From: Thermoproteota archaeon
Lineage (GTDB): Archaea; Korarchaeota; JAOZGF01; JAOZFZ01
Length of the DNA: 64,000 nucleotides
Reading direction: 5' to 3'
Assembly (NCBI GenBank): GCA_027492035.1
Contig: JAOZFT010000004.1
Coordinates: 96,001 to 160,000 of the forward strand
Within the stretch, counting starts at the first letter, position 1. The number at the start of each line of letters is the position of its first letter. Below are positions 9,678 through 20,299 of this stretch, one piece after another. The notes under the pieces were generated by a model, which saw only the letters and a list, made by a program, of their open reading frames with translations, had not been told where the DNA came from and ran no database searches. The position numbers and the translations under genes were made by a program.

Positions 9678-10466
9678 TTATTTCCCTTTGAATTGAGGCT
9701 GTCTTTTTTCAATGAAGGCTTGCATTCCTTCTCTTAAATCTTCAGACTTAGCCAACTCCTTCATGCACTCAAGTTCCACCTTTAAGGCATCTTCTATTGC
9801 CAGTTTCTCCAATCCCTCATTTATTGCCTTCTTAGCAAGTTTAACAGCTAAGGGTGATGCCTTCATTATTATCATACGAGCAATATCCATGGCCGCTCTT
9901 AATTCCTCACCATCAGGAACCAATTTATTCACTAAACCAATGCGATAAGCCTCCTGTGCACTTACCATTTGACCCGTGAAGATCAGTTCTTTAGCTTTTC
10001 CCTTACCTATTAATCTAGCCATTCTCTGTGTTCCACCCCAGGCTGGAATCAAACCTAAAGTTACTTCAGGTTGGCTAAATCTTGTCCTGTCTGAAGCAAC
10101 CCTTATGTCACAGGCCATGGCCAATTCATTTCCTCCCCCGAGAGTGTAGCCATGTAATGCAGCTATTACGGGTTTAGGTAGTTTTTCAATTTTAGTAAAT
10201 ACTCTATGCCCCTTTTCAACAACTTCTACAGCTTGTTCAGGGGATAACTGGGCTAAATCTTTGACATCAGCACCTGCAGAGAAGGCGTTAGGTCCTGCAC
10301 CGGCAATTACAACAGCTTTAACTTCTTCATCCTGAGCTATTTCGTCAAAAACTTTATCTAATTCGTCAAGCATTTTCCTACTTAAAGCATTCACGGGAGG
10401 AGAGTCTAATGTCACTATACCTATTCCTTCTTCCTTCCTATATTTTATTGTTTCGTATTCCGCCAA
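9678..10466 (-). CDS. Enoyl-CoA hydratase/crotonase
   Basis: FSAGADV, LGGGNELAMACD, PEVTLGLIPAWGGTQR. Confidence 0.95.
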   Translation of the reverse strand: MAEYETIKYRKEEGIGIVTLDSPPVNALSRKMLDELDKVFDEIAQDEEVKAVVIAGAGPNAFSAGADVKDLAQLSPEQAVEVVEKGHRVFTKIEKLPKPVIAALHGYTLGGGNELAMACDIRVASDRTRFSQPEVTLGLIPAWGGTQRMARLIGKGKAKELIFTGQMVSAQEAYRIGLVNKLVPDGEELRAAMDIARMIIMKASPLAVKLAKKAINEGLEKLAIEDALKVELECMKELAKSEDLREGMQAFIEKRQPQFKGK

Positions 10467-10597
10467 TGAAAAACACCTCCTTGAAAAACATTACCAAAAT
10501 ATGGGGGAAGGGTTAGAGATTAAATATTTAACCTTTTCAAAACAGGTTTCTTTTCCTTCACTTTTCATCATGAATTGATTTCAGGGCCTTTATTTTT

Positions 10598-11581
10598 TTA
10601 GGTTTGGGCTGTGTAGTCGTAAAAGCCTCTGCCTGTTTTCTTTCCCCATCTTCCCAGGTGGTAAAGTTGTTTAATTATCTGTACCGGTTTCATTTGGACC
10701 AAGCCGCCCCAAGCTTCTTTCAAGCTTTCTTGTACATGGTAAATCACGTCTATTCCTATCGTGTCAGTTAACTCAAAGGGGCCCATGGGCCAACCTGCCC
10801 CTACTTTCATTGCTAAGTCGATATCCCTGGGGGAAGCTATCCCTTCTTCATACAAAGCGTAGGCTTCGTTTAAGGCTTTTGCTAATATGCGGTTGACTAT
10901 AAATCCTGGTGTTTCTTTCACTTTTATTGGCTGCATTAGATATCTTTCATTTCTTAATGTTCTTAGGAAATCTAGGGTGTCGTCGACTACATCATACCTT
11001 GTTTCTAGGCCGGGTATGACTTCTATTAAGGGAAGAACTGTGGCTGGGTTGAAAAAGTGAATCCCTATTACTTTTTCAGGCCTGGTTGTGGCTGAAGCTA
11101 TTTCCGTTACTGAAAGAGTGGATGTATTAGTCGCTAAGATTGTTTTTTCTGGACATATCAGGTCTATTTCTTTGAAAACCTTCTTTTTTATGTCTATTCT
11201 TTCAACAACAGCTTCAATGACTAGATCCACGTCTTTAAATTCATTGTAGGAGTCTGTTACTTTTATTTTCCCCAGTATTTTTTCTTTCCTTTCTGGGGTG
11301 TAAGTTGGCTTCAACCTTTCTTTTATTTGTTTTTTCTGTTCATCCGTAAGTTTTATCCCGTCTTTTTCCTCTATTCTTTTTATTTCATTATCTGCTTTGT
11401 GGAGATGGTATTCCACTAACTTATCTAGGCTTTTTTTTATCCTTTCCAACCCTTTTAAAGCTAGATCCATGTTTATGTCCTTTAATACAACATCTAAGTT
11501 ATTTATAGCCATTATTTCTGCTATTTGACTTCCCATAACCCCTGCCCCTACAACCCCTACTTTCCTTATGAACAGAACCAT
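10598..11581 (-). CDS. 3-hydroxyacyl-CoA dehydrogenase
   Basis: GAGVMG, IEAVVE, NTSTL, HFFNP, GFIVNR, PMGP; carries a charged helical insertion of roughly 35-40 aa. Confidence 0.95.
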   Translation of the reverse strand: MVLFIRKVGVVGAGVMGSQIAEIMAINNLDVVLKDINMDLALKGLERIKKSLDKLVEYHLHKADNEIKRIEEKDGIKLTDEQKKQIKERLKPTYTPERKEKILGKIKVTDSYNEFKDVDLVIEAVVERIDIKKKVFKEIDLICPEKTILATNTSTLSVTEIASATTRPEKVIGIHFFNPATVLPLIEVIPGLETRYDVVDDTLDFLRTLRNERYLMQPIKVKETPGFIVNRILAKALNEAYALYEEGIASPRDIDLAMKVGAGWPMGPFELTDTIGIDVIYHVQESLKEAWGGLVQMKPVQIIKQLYHLGRWGKKTGRGFYDYTAQT

Positions 11582-11689
11582 CCTTTAAACACCACCATTT
11601 AGTTTTTGTTCAGAAAACTCCATGGAAATAATTGAAGGCAATGAATATTTAAATGAAGAAGTGAAAAAGTTGCTTAAGTAAAAATTTTT

Positions 11690-12376
11690 TCAAGTATCCG
11701 GTAATTTCTTCCTTATTACTAAACCGTGCCAAGTTAAGTCAAGGTTTTGTGTCGAAGAAGATGCAGTAGTTTTTTGTTTTCGCGGAATCAGCGTATCTGA
11801 AGGAATTGGGGTATGAATTAAGAGCTCTTTTTGTTGCCCATATTGAAGGATGGCACGTTCTTTAAAGAAAGAGGGTAATGGATTTTGGTGTAAGTAACGC
11901 TTTGGCTTTAACAATGTATAGTGGCTTTTTGTTAGGAATTGTTGACTCTTCTCCCCCCTCAAAATTTCTATGGCTTCTTTTATGACTTTTTCGACGGGAA
12001 ACCCGAGGCCTAATCCTTCACAAGATGAATCTACATAAACAAAATACTTTTTCGAGTTAAAAGTAAAGATTGCTTCTTCTGGTTTATACTTTTTTAAAGG
12101 AGAGGTTTGGACATAAAAAGGAAATGTTTTACAAGCAACGGGTTTAACTCCTTGAATAGTGCATAAGTTGTTTTTTAAAAAAACACAGGAACCATCAACT
12201 CTTCTTTTTAAGTAAATTTTTCCTTTTCTAACCTCTAAATAGTTTGAATAATATTTCAGAAAGAAGGGAAGTTCTCCTGAATTTATTGGAACCCAGTAAT
12301 GTCTGCAGCATTTGCCGCAGCCTAAACATAACCAATATTTCACGTGTCTCCAAGGAATGAGCCATTTGTTCCACAT
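11690..12376 (-). CDS. YkgJ family Cys-cluster (CxxCxxCC) protein
   Basis: CLGCGKCC...CVFL...CTI...KP..CKTFPF. Confidence 0.85.
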   Translation of the reverse strand: MWNKWLIPWRHVKYWLCLGCGKCCRHYWVPINSGELPFFLKYYSNYLEVRKGKIYLKRRVDGSCVFLKNNLCTIQGVKPVACKTFPFYVQTSPLKKYKPEEAIFTFNSKKYFVYVDSSCEGLGLGFPVEKVIKEAIEILRGEKSQQFLTKSHYTLLKPKRYLHQNPLPSFFKERAILQYGQQKELLIHTPIPSDTLIPRKQKTTASSSTQNLDLTWHGLVIRKKLPDT

Positions 12377-12553
12377 TTTTTATCCCTGAAGACACACTAA
12401 AATCATCTGGAGAGGGAGGTAAGAAACCTTTATATAGTTTTAAAGAAAACTTTCTCTCAAAAATTTTTAAGGAAAACCTACAGTTCCTCTCAATAAAATT
12501 TTCTAATATGTTTTCTTTCTCTTATAAAGGTTTAACTAAAGTAGGGGGAAATA

Positions 12554-13090
12554 TTGAAAAATAAAGAAACAACTTCTTTTATCCATAAAGAGAAGGCACC
12601 TAAGGAATTCTCTTTCGGCATAATAATAGTAAGCGATTCCAGGTTTCAACAAGTTTTAAAGCGGAAGGAGATAATTGATGAAAGTGGCAGAGTGCTTGAA
12701 GAAGCTTTGAAAAAGGATGGGCATAAAAAGGTTTTCGAATTTATTTTACCTGATGATAAAGAGATAATAATGGCTTTTGTTAAATTTATAGCGAAAAAAG
12801 AGAATTTAGACACCTTAATTTTTATAGGAGGAACAGGCATTTCCAATAGAGACGTGACAATCGAGGCTTTGGAGGAAGTTTCTGAAAAGAAAATGAAGGG
12901 ATTTGGTGAAATTTTCAGGTTCCTCAGTTATAAAGAGATAGGCTCAAGCGCCATTTTATCAAGAGCTGAAGCTTATATTTATCATGGAAAAATTATTTAC
13001 TGTTTACCAGGCTCACCTAATGCCGTGAAAGTAGCACTACCATTAATACTTAAAGAAACAGGGCATGTTTTAAGACATTTAAAGGAATAG
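12554..13090 (+). CDS. moaB: Molybdenum cofactor biosynthesis protein MoaB/MogA
   Basis: VSDSR, DESG, GGTGISNRDVT, LSRA, LPGSP. Confidence 0.92.
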   Translation: MKNKETTSFIHKEKAPKEFSFGIIIVSDSRFQQVLKRKEIIDESGRVLEEALKKDGHKKVFEFILPDDKEIIMAFVKFIAKKENLDTLIFIGGTGISNRDVTIEALEEVSEKKMKGFGEIFRFLSYKEIGSSAILSRAEAYIYHGKIIYCLPGSPNAVKVALPLILKETGHVLRHLKE

Positions 13091-13552
13091 GCAGAATCAG
13101 GGGGAGGCGGGAACTTGGAAGTGGATACGAACAAAGTACTGAATAAGAACGAACTCATGAAAATTTTTAAAGTACTGAAGTGAAGAAGCTGGAGAAATCT
13201 GGACAGGAGTAATGAATCTCAGTAAGAAGGGCTGCCCTTTAATGAAGAAATAAATTGGCACCTCTTGAAGGTGCTGAAAGAAATCGAAACTATGGCATGG
13301 AGGTGATAAGTTTCCCGTAAAAATTGAGAAAAACTGGAGGTACATTGAAAAAGATTGAAAATTAAGCCTCTTTCCCCTTCTTCAGATGACCCAGTTGAAG
13401 GGTCTCTACATCTCATTTTATAAAAGGGGTAATTTCTCTTTAAAAATCTTTCTACTTAAGTGAGGGAGTAAAAGTTAAACTTTTTGAAAACTCTGGATTC
13501 TTGTTTCATGTTTTCGAAAAATTGCTTTCAAAGATTAGTGAGGAGTTAGTTT

Positions 13553-14806
13553 TCAGTTACGCCATTTTTCTTCACGGTATTTCTTGATGTATTTTTTAAA
13601 CCAAGTTTTGAGATCTTCTTGTTTTGTTCTTTCGTAAATGTACCCTACAGTTTTGTTATTTATTTTTAGGGGTTCCAGGTTTAATTTGTTTGCATCTAAA
13701 ATGGTGAACCTCCTCCGTTTTCCCGTTTCAGTTTTTTTAGATGGATGGTTACTAATTATTGCTTTTACACCTGTTCTTCTCAAGAAATTAACACCATCTG
13801 TATCTTTGACGAGAGGGTTTTTTACGTAAACCATGGTAAACCCTTTTATTGGTAATCTTTCATTTACAGCATGGATTTTTTCCAACGTTAAATTCTCGAT
13901 TAATGGGACAAAGACTATGGTTTTTTTATTTAGTGCCTCGTTTAGTTTTTGTACAAGTAGTTTAAGTTCTCTTAATGTTTTTTTCAGGGAAATGTTTTCT
14001 TTACTTACTTTCTTGAAGTTTTCAATTAATTTCTTTATTTTCATATCCCTTATAAATAACTCTCTGTCTTTGCTGATTCTCTGGTTCCTTTGCTTTTTGA
14101 ATTCTTCAATTTGGTAGAGATAGGTGTTTATTTTTTCTTTGAGTGCATTCATTTCTGAGACCAGATTTTTGTTTTCTACTCTTAATCTTTCTATTTCGGC
14201 TTCTTTTGCCTTTAACTTAAGTTCAAGATCCTGAAGTGGCAAGTTTTTAGGTTTACCTCCCCTTCTTTGGATAGAAATTTTTCTTGTTTTCCCTTTTTCA
14301 AGCTTCGCAATTGCGTTACAAATGGAGACACCACGTAAAACAGCGGCTTTTAACTCATCACCGTATAGTTTACCCTTTTTTTCTAAGGAGTGGATATCTA
14401 TTCTTTCCAATAAGTTTTTGTAAGCCTTGTATGCTTTTCTAGCAGCTGTATAGGCATCTTTTTCGTGTTGACCCCATTTATTGATTTTTAAACTGTTCAA
14501 GCCTTCAGAAAAAATTTCTAGTTTTTCTTCCTTCGACAAGTCTTTCTTTGGTGCATATATTTGGCTATTCAGAATCCTTGCCACTTTATACACTACTCTA
14601 GACGGGTTTTTCTTGTCGACAGCAATAATTAAAGGATTCCCCATTTTTGAAATTAACTGAACCACTGCTGGGAAACTGGGCTTCCTTAACTGTGTCTTAA
14701 ATATTAATTCACCCTTTAAATTAAGAATAGCTAAACCTGTTGTGTCGCCAGGGTCTACACCTACAATTAAGTATTTACTTACCCTGTTCTTTTTCAGGCA
14801 ATTCAC
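13553..14806 (-). CDS. DUF460 protein (RNase H-like fold plus coiled coil)
   Basis: IVGVDPG.TTGLAILNLKG, HEKDA, long coiled coil. Confidence 0.85.
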   Translation of the reverse strand: MNCLKKNRVSKYLIVGVDPGDTTGLAILNLKGELIFKTQLRKPSFPAVVQLISKMGNPLIIAVDKKNPSRVVYKVARILNSQIYAPKKDLSKEEKLEIFSEGLNSLKINKWGQHEKDAYTAARKAYKAYKNLLERIDIHSLEKKGKLYGDELKAAVLRGVSICNAIAKLEKGKTRKISIQRRGGKPKNLPLQDLELKLKAKEAEIERLRVENKNLVSEMNALKEKINTYLYQIEEFKKQRNQRISKDRELFIRDMKIKKLIENFKKVSKENISLKKTLRELKLLVQKLNEALNKKTIVFVPLIENLTLEKIHAVNERLPIKGFTMVYVKNPLVKDTDGVNFLRRTGVKAIISNHPSKKTETGKRRRFTILDANKLNLEPLKINNKTVGYIYERTKQEDLKTWFKKYIKKYREEKWRN

Positions 14807-14934
14807 CCTCTAACTTATTGCTAAACAAGGTTACAGGTTTTTAAGTATGGAAGAATTATTTAAAACGTCACCCTTTTTTAAAAATAGTTCTTTCCTAAAA
14901 ATTAATGAAAGCAACTCTACTCTGAGGGAAAGAA

Positions 14935-16308
14935 ATGATTAAATTGTTTCCTAAACCAATAGTTTCTTATTTTTTGATTTATTTAATTTTTTCAGGTTTT
15001 GTTGCACCCTTCCAGTCTTATTCCTCGGAGAATTCAAATAGAAAGTTTAGTTTTTCAGGAAATGGAATAAAAATAGAGTTCTACTTGTCTAAAAATGTTT
15101 ACTTCACATCTGAAAACATAGATGTTCTGAATTTCTCTATTAAAAACAATAGAGATGACTCTGTTTTTCTTTCCAGTATAGAGTTTTTTTGGTACTGGCG
15201 CCCTATAAGGTGGAGTATAAAGAAATATTTACGTGGAGGCTCCCAATACTCCATAAAGAAGTTGTCTCTAGAGATACCTGGAAACTTAGAAACAAAAATA
15301 TATCCTTTTAGGGTATATGTTTATTTGGTGAAAGGAAATTCCTCAAGTAGCGAAATTTTCTCTGTCAAAAGCCCAGAATTCTACATAGTTGTGAGAAGGA
15401 GTATTTATTCATGCGAAATTGAACAGTTTAAGTTTCCAAAAGTTGTTGAAAGAGGATCTTCTTCAGATTTCAGCTTTGATTTGAAAAATACCGGTAATAA
15501 AGAAATAGAAGAAGTGAATTTATCAGTCGTGGTCACCAATTCCACTTTATTATCTATTAAGAAAAAAATCCATCTGAAAAGTGAAGATACACTTACCCTC
15601 GAATTTAACTTTACTGTACCTTACACTGTAGCAACAGGTTACCAGAAATATTTTGTTACTTTAGAATTCCATGGTTTTCAAGTAACAAGAGAAGGGGACT
15701 TGTTTATTTCGCCTGGAAAAAGGGAAATAGTAGAGTTAAATATTGAGTTAGCTAAGGAAAATTTCAAAAAAGCATATTTAACATACCAAACCAGTAGAAA
15801 TGATGGATTAATCGATAATCAGTTAGAAGCTTTATATACAGCGTTAAAAATTGAAGAAGAAAATATGATGAAAATGTATAACCAATCAAATTTTGGAGAT
15901 GCAGGTGAAAAAGCAAAGGAAGTGAATAACTTATCTAAACAATTAATTTTGTTAATTTACAAAAAATATTTAAGTGAGGCGGAAAGGAAACTAAATGAGG
16001 CAAGGAAACTGTTCAATGCTGCTGTTTCAGCCGGAGTACACAGGAATACCTTGTTTAAAGCTGAGAAATTAATAAATCAATCAATGGAGGAGATAAGGGG
16101 AGGATATTCTTCATTTAATCAAACAATAAACGAAATCAAGAAACATAGCTTCAAATCTCTTAACTTGTCTCAGGAGGCTGAACTGGAAATAAAGGATGCA
16201 TTTGAAAGAACTAGAAAGATTCAAGCACAAACTTTAGTTTTAATTTTTTCAATAATTTCATTGATTATATTCCTTGTTCTGGTTGTTATAGAGCTTTATT
16301 TAGCTTGA
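14935..16308 (+). CDS. Secreted, C-terminally anchored protein with Ig/CARDB-like domains and a helical stalk
   Basis: Signal peptide, LKNTGN-type beta-sandwich segments, C-terminal TM helix. Confidence 0.7.
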   Translation: MIKLFPKPIVSYFLIYLIFSGFVAPFQSYSSENSNRKFSFSGNGIKIEFYLSKNVYFTSENIDVLNFSIKNNRDDSVFLSSIEFFWYWRPIRWSIKKYLRGGSQYSIKKLSLEIPGNLETKIYPFRVYVYLVKGNSSSSEIFSVKSPEFYIVVRRSIYSCEIEQFKFPKVVERGSSSDFSFDLKNTGNKEIEEVNLSVVVTNSTLLSIKKKIHLKSEDTLTLEFNFTVPYTVATGYQKYFVTLEFHGFQVTREGDLFISPGKREIVELNIELAKENFKKAYLTYQTSRNDGLIDNQLEALYTALKIEEENMMKMYNQSNFGDAGEKAKEVNNLSKQLILLIYKKYLSEAERKLNEARKLFNAAVSAGVHRNTLFKAEKLINQSMEEIRGGYSSFNQTINEIKKHSFKSLNLSQEAELEIKDAFERTRKIQAQTLVLIFSIISLIIFLVLVVIELYLA

Positions 16309-16348
16309 TATTTTAATTTCCGAAATTTTTACAGGAAAAGAACTGTTT

Positions 16349-17242
16349 TCATCTATAACCTATGAGATACTCCTTTACTTCATTTAAATCTTTTTTAACT
16401 CCTAATTTCTTTCTAAAGAAATCCAGAATTGTTTTTATATCTCTTTCTAAAAGGAAATATGAACCATAATCATTTTTTGTAACCCATTGAGCCCAATCTA
16501 TCACAGTTATTTTATCAAGTTCCTCAATTAAGATGTTGTATTGATTAAGATCACCATGCACAATTTGAACAGTTTCCAGCCAAAATTTTATTTCCTCCAT
16601 TATTTGTTCCAATAACTTTTCGGGGTGTAATATTTTCCAGTAGGAGTTAACAAGCATTTCCCCCTTTATTTTTTCTGTTAATAGAACTTGTCTAAACTGG
16701 AAAATAGGCTTCGGGACCTTCGCTTTTCTTGGATAAAGTTTTTTTAAAGCTTTAAATTCTCTTTTAGCTAATTCTTTGGACGTTTCATAGCTCCAGTAAG
16801 GAGAAGAGACATTTCTTAACAAGCGGTACCTCTTTACCTTCTTAAACGCAGGCATTCCCACTTTCAAAACCTTTACTGCAACTTCTTCATCTTTACTTGT
16901 TAAGCCTTCATACACTTTAGATTCTTTTCCAACCCCTAGTTCTTTGCCTATGTAAACCAGTACATTCATTTCTCCGAGTAATCTTAAAGTTAAAACATCG
17001 AAGGCTACAGGTGTAAGCTTAAAGCCTACATAGGGTTTACTGCTTAACCTCACCAGTTTCTTTTTATTGAGATTTTTCATTATTTTCTGTGTAAGAGTTG
17101 AAGAAAAACTTGTTCTTTTAGCAACTTCTTTAAGAGGTATAAGGAGGAAGTGTTGTGAAAGCTTCTCGGCTTCCGAAAGGAAGGTTAGTTCTTTGGATGT
17201 TAAGTTTTTAGCTATGTACCCAATTGTTTTAGCAAAGAACAT
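16349..17242 (-). CDS. rio2: RIO2 serine/threonine kinase
   Basis: N-terminal wHTH, GVGKESKVY, HGDLNQYNI, IDWAQ. Confidence 0.92.
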   Translation of the reverse strand: MFFAKTIGYIAKNLTSKELTFLSEAEKLSQHFLLIPLKEVAKRTSFSSTLTQKIMKNLNKKKLVRLSSKPYVGFKLTPVAFDVLTLRLLGEMNVLVYIGKELGVGKESKVYEGLTSKDEEVAVKVLKVGMPAFKKVKRYRLLRNVSSPYWSYETSKELAKREFKALKKLYPRKAKVPKPIFQFRQVLLTEKIKGEMLVNSYWKILHPEKLLEQIMEEIKFWLETVQIVHGDLNQYNILIEELDKITVIDWAQWVTKNDYGSYFLLERDIKTILDFFRKKLGVKKDLNEVKEYLIGYR

Positions 17243-17255
17243 TTATTTTTCCCTT

Positions 17256-18173
17256 CTAGAAGAAAGTTTCTTCTAACACGTCATAGTTGTCTATTTCTCC
17301 ATCACTATCCATATCTTTTCCTAAAAAGACAGCTGCATAATTTGTGGATGTGTTAACTTGAACTTCCTCCTTTTTGCCAAGAGTTAAATTCTGTAAAGCT
17401 AAAAGGGCTGTTTTTGTGCCGTGAAGACTTAAACCAGCTATTAATAGCAAAGCATATCTCTCGTTGTAGGGGTTTTGAATTTTCTCCAACACCCCCACTG
17501 CTTCGTCGGTGTAGTTCTTGTTTGTTAAAGAGGAAGAAACACGGTGATTAGCTACGTCAAAGAAGACAGGTAATAGGGAATTGATTTTATCCGTTAACAT
17601 GTTCGAGATTGGGCCACCTATTAAAATAAGGCTTCGTTCTATTTCTGAAATTTCCACCCTATAATCCACATCCATGTAAATACTTATTGGACTCAACCTT
17701 GTACTGAATAAACCGAGTAAGTAGGTTACTTGAGCAGCTAAATATGCATCTTTTGCTCTGTGCCCGTATTTCCCGTGAAGATCCGGTGAACCCACAACCA
17801 CATCGACATCTACTTTACCTTGAGTTATGAAATAATTTAGGGGGAACGGGGTTTGTTTATCTTCAACCTGGTTATGTATTAAACCCTGTTCAGGTTGCTC
17901 ACTTAAAAAGAGAATATAGGTTTTGGATGTAGGGGCGAGAAACTTCGTTTCTATTCCCTTCCTATGTATTTTCCTTACAGTTTTCACTAATCCTTCTCTT
18001 TTTAGAATTGAAATGTGGTAATATAATCGTTGCTCGTTTATGTTTAGTTCCTTAGCTAGTTTTTTCGTGTAAAGAGGTTTCTTAGCTAACCTTCTAAGTA
18101 TTTCGACGCGTGTGGGGTGAGCTAATGCTTTTAGTTCATTTATAGTGAGTAATTTAAACTTTTTATTAATCAC
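17256..18173 (-). CDS. ArsR-type HTH regulator fused to an S-layer-like alpha/beta domain
   Basis: KALAHPTRVEILRRL...LYYHISIL; C-domain VVVGSPD, LILIGGPISN, IAGL..GT. Confidence 0.75.
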   Translation of the reverse strand: MINKKFKLLTINELKALAHPTRVEILRRLAKKPLYTKKLAKELNINEQRLYYHISILKREGLVKTVRKIHRKGIETKFLAPTSKTYILFLSEQPEQGLIHNQVEDKQTPFPLNYFITQGKVDVDVVVGSPDLHGKYGHRAKDAYLAAQVTYLLGLFSTRLSPISIYMDVDYRVEISEIERSLILIGGPISNMLTDKINSLLPVFFDVANHRVSSSLTNKNYTDEAVGVLEKIQNPYNERYALLLIAGLSLHGTKTALLALQNLTLGKKEEVQVNTSTNYAAVFLGKDMDSDGEIDNYDVLEETFF

Positions 18174-18486
18174 CTTTTTCCACCTAAAGTTTAAATTTTC
18201 TTATAACGGTATAAATTTTTTTTAGTTCTCTATTTTGAATACAGCTTCTTATTTCAATGAAAAACTCGAAGAAGATCACAGAGAAAAGGAAAGATAAATG
18301 TAGAATAATGAAACTTTATTCAGTGATTGTGCAAATGGATTGTATGATTTCACGTTTCTTATCTGTTTTAACAATCTTTAAATGAAGATTTTTATAAGAG
18401 CAATCAGTCTCTGAAAGTGTTTTACTTAATTTAGGGGGATACATGATCCTTCAACTAGCCATTTTCATTGAGTGGGGGAAACAAAC

Positions 18487-20295
18487 TTGTGCGGCATTGT
18501 GGGTGTCATAAGTAAAGAATTTAATGTTGCTCCTTTAATTGTTTCTATGCTGAAAAAATTGGAGTATAGAGGGTATGATTCCGCCGGTGTAGCTTTGGTT
18601 CAACCGGGAAAAGTAGTTGTAAAAAAGGATAGAGGAGTGATTGATGACATCAGGGAGAGGTATAACTTAACCAAAATGGAAGGTAAGGTAGGTTTAGGCC
18701 ATACAAGATGGGCAACGCATGGGGCTCCTTCACATAAAAATGCTCACCCCCATCAGGATTGCAGGGGTGAAATAGCAGTTGTACATAACGGTATAATTGA
18801 AAATTATGTGGAGTTGAAGAGGGAATTAGTTATTCGAGGACATTTATTCAAATCTGAAACAGATACAGAAGTTATACCGCATTTAATAGAAGAAAAGTTA
18901 GCTGAAGGATTAGATTTGAAGGAAGCAGTTAAGGAAACAGTTAAAAAATTAAAGGGTTCCTTTGCTATTGCTGTTGTTTCAAGCAAGTTTCCCCATAAAA
19001 TAGTTGCAGCTAAGAAAGGTAGTCCACTGGTGGTAGGTGTGTCTGAAGAAGCTTTATTCATAGCTTCTGATATACCAGCCTTTCTTCAACAAACAAACAA
19101 AGTTATTTTCATAAGCGAGGAAGAAATTGTTACTCTTACTGGTAATAAGGTTGAAATTGAAACTTTTAACGGTCAAAAAGTGAAAAGAACTATTCAAACA
19201 ATAAACTGGACATATGAAATGGCTCAAAAATCAGGATATCCACATTTCATGTTAAAAGAAATAGAAGAACAACCCCTAGCTATAAAAGAAACCCTTAGAT
19301 CAACTAATGGTGAACTAATGGAGATAGTTGAGGAAATAGTGAAAAATGAGGGAAACCTCTACTTTGTAGCAAGCGGAACCTCTTACCACGCTACACTTGC
19401 TGGAAAGTATATTTTCGCAAAAGTGGCGGGGATACCCTTTGAAACTATGCAATCATCGGAATTTACTGAAGCAATAGTTCCTACTCTTAGCCCAAAATCA
19501 CTGGTTTTTGCAGTTAGTCAATCGGGAGAAACTGCTGACACAAAAGTTTCACTTAAAAAAGCTAAAGAAAGGGGGGCTAAAACCATTGCTTTAACAAATG
19601 TTTTAGGAAGCTCAATAACTAGGATAGCTGATGAAGTATGTTACACTTACGCAGGCCCTGAGATAGGAGTAGCTGCAACTAAAACATTCACTTCTCAAAT
19701 TACGTTGCTGACTTATCTCGCCCTTAAATCAGCTGAGGTTTTAGGGCTTGAAGTGGAGGAGAAGTTTAGAAAACTGAAAAAGTTACCTCAATACCTTTCT
19801 AAAACTTTAACCACATCCAACCTTGCGCAAAGAATAGCTAAAGAAATAAAAAGCCATGGAGACGTTTACTTTATTGGAAGAGGAGTAGGATATCCAGTAG
19901 CTTTGGAAGGAGCCTTAAAATTGAAGGAAATAAGTTATATTCATGCGGAGGGAACAGGAGCGGGGGAGTATAAGCATGGTCCACTGGCGTTAATTAGTGA
20001 AAACACTCCTGTGGTAGCTGTTGTTACGCCCGGCCCATCGCAAACAAAGATGGTGGGAAACATAGAAGAAGTAAAAGCAAGAGGAGCTAAAGTTATTTCG
20101 ATAGCTCCAGAAGGAAACAAAAAAATAGAGGAAATGTCGAACTTCACCTTTAAAATAAATAGAGAAGTGGATGAATTCCTATCACCAGCACCTTACATAG
20201 TTCCTTTACAATATTTAGCTTATTATACAGCAGTTTTAAGAGGTTTAAACCCAGACAAGCCTAGAAACCTGGCTAAAAGCGTCACTGTAGAGTAA
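18487..20295 (+). CDS. glmS: Glutamine--fructose-6-phosphate aminotransferase
   Basis: (M)CGIVG from TTG 18487, EYRGYDSAG, GHTRWATHG, SQSGETADT, PRNLAKSVTVE. Confidence 0.97.
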   Translation: MCGIVGVISKEFNVAPLIVSMLKKLEYRGYDSAGVALVQPGKVVVKKDRGVIDDIRERYNLTKMEGKVGLGHTRWATHGAPSHKNAHPHQDCRGEIAVVHNGIIENYVELKRELVIRGHLFKSETDTEVIPHLIEEKLAEGLDLKEAVKETVKKLKGSFAIAVVSSKFPHKIVAAKKGSPLVVGVSEEALFIASDIPAFLQQTNKVIFISEEEIVTLTGNKVEIETFNGQKVKRTIQTINWTYEMAQKSGYPHFMLKEIEEQPLAIKETLRSTNGELMEIVEEIVKNEGNLYFVASGTSYHATLAGKYIFAKVAGIPFETMQSSEFTEAIVPTLSPKSLVFAVSQSGETADTKVSLKKAKERGAKTIALTNVLGSSITRIADEVCYTYAGPEIGVAATKTFTSQITLLTYLALKSAEVLGLEVEEKFRKLKKLPQYLSKTLTTSNLAQRIAKEIKSHGDVYFIGRGVGYPVALEGALKLKEISYIHAEGTGAGEYKHGPLALISENTPVVAVVTPGPSQTKMVGNIEEVKARGAKVISIAPEGNKKIEEMSNFTFKINREVDEFLSPAPYIVPLQYLAYYTAVLRGLNPDKPRNLAKSVTVE

Positions 20296-20299
20296 GGAG

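Noticed and set aside
13158-13203. C/D-box-like spacing (ATGAAAA..CTGA.GTGAAGA..CTGG)
   Set aside because: C and D boxes are degenerate and the AT-rich guides have no recognisable rRNA/tRNA target
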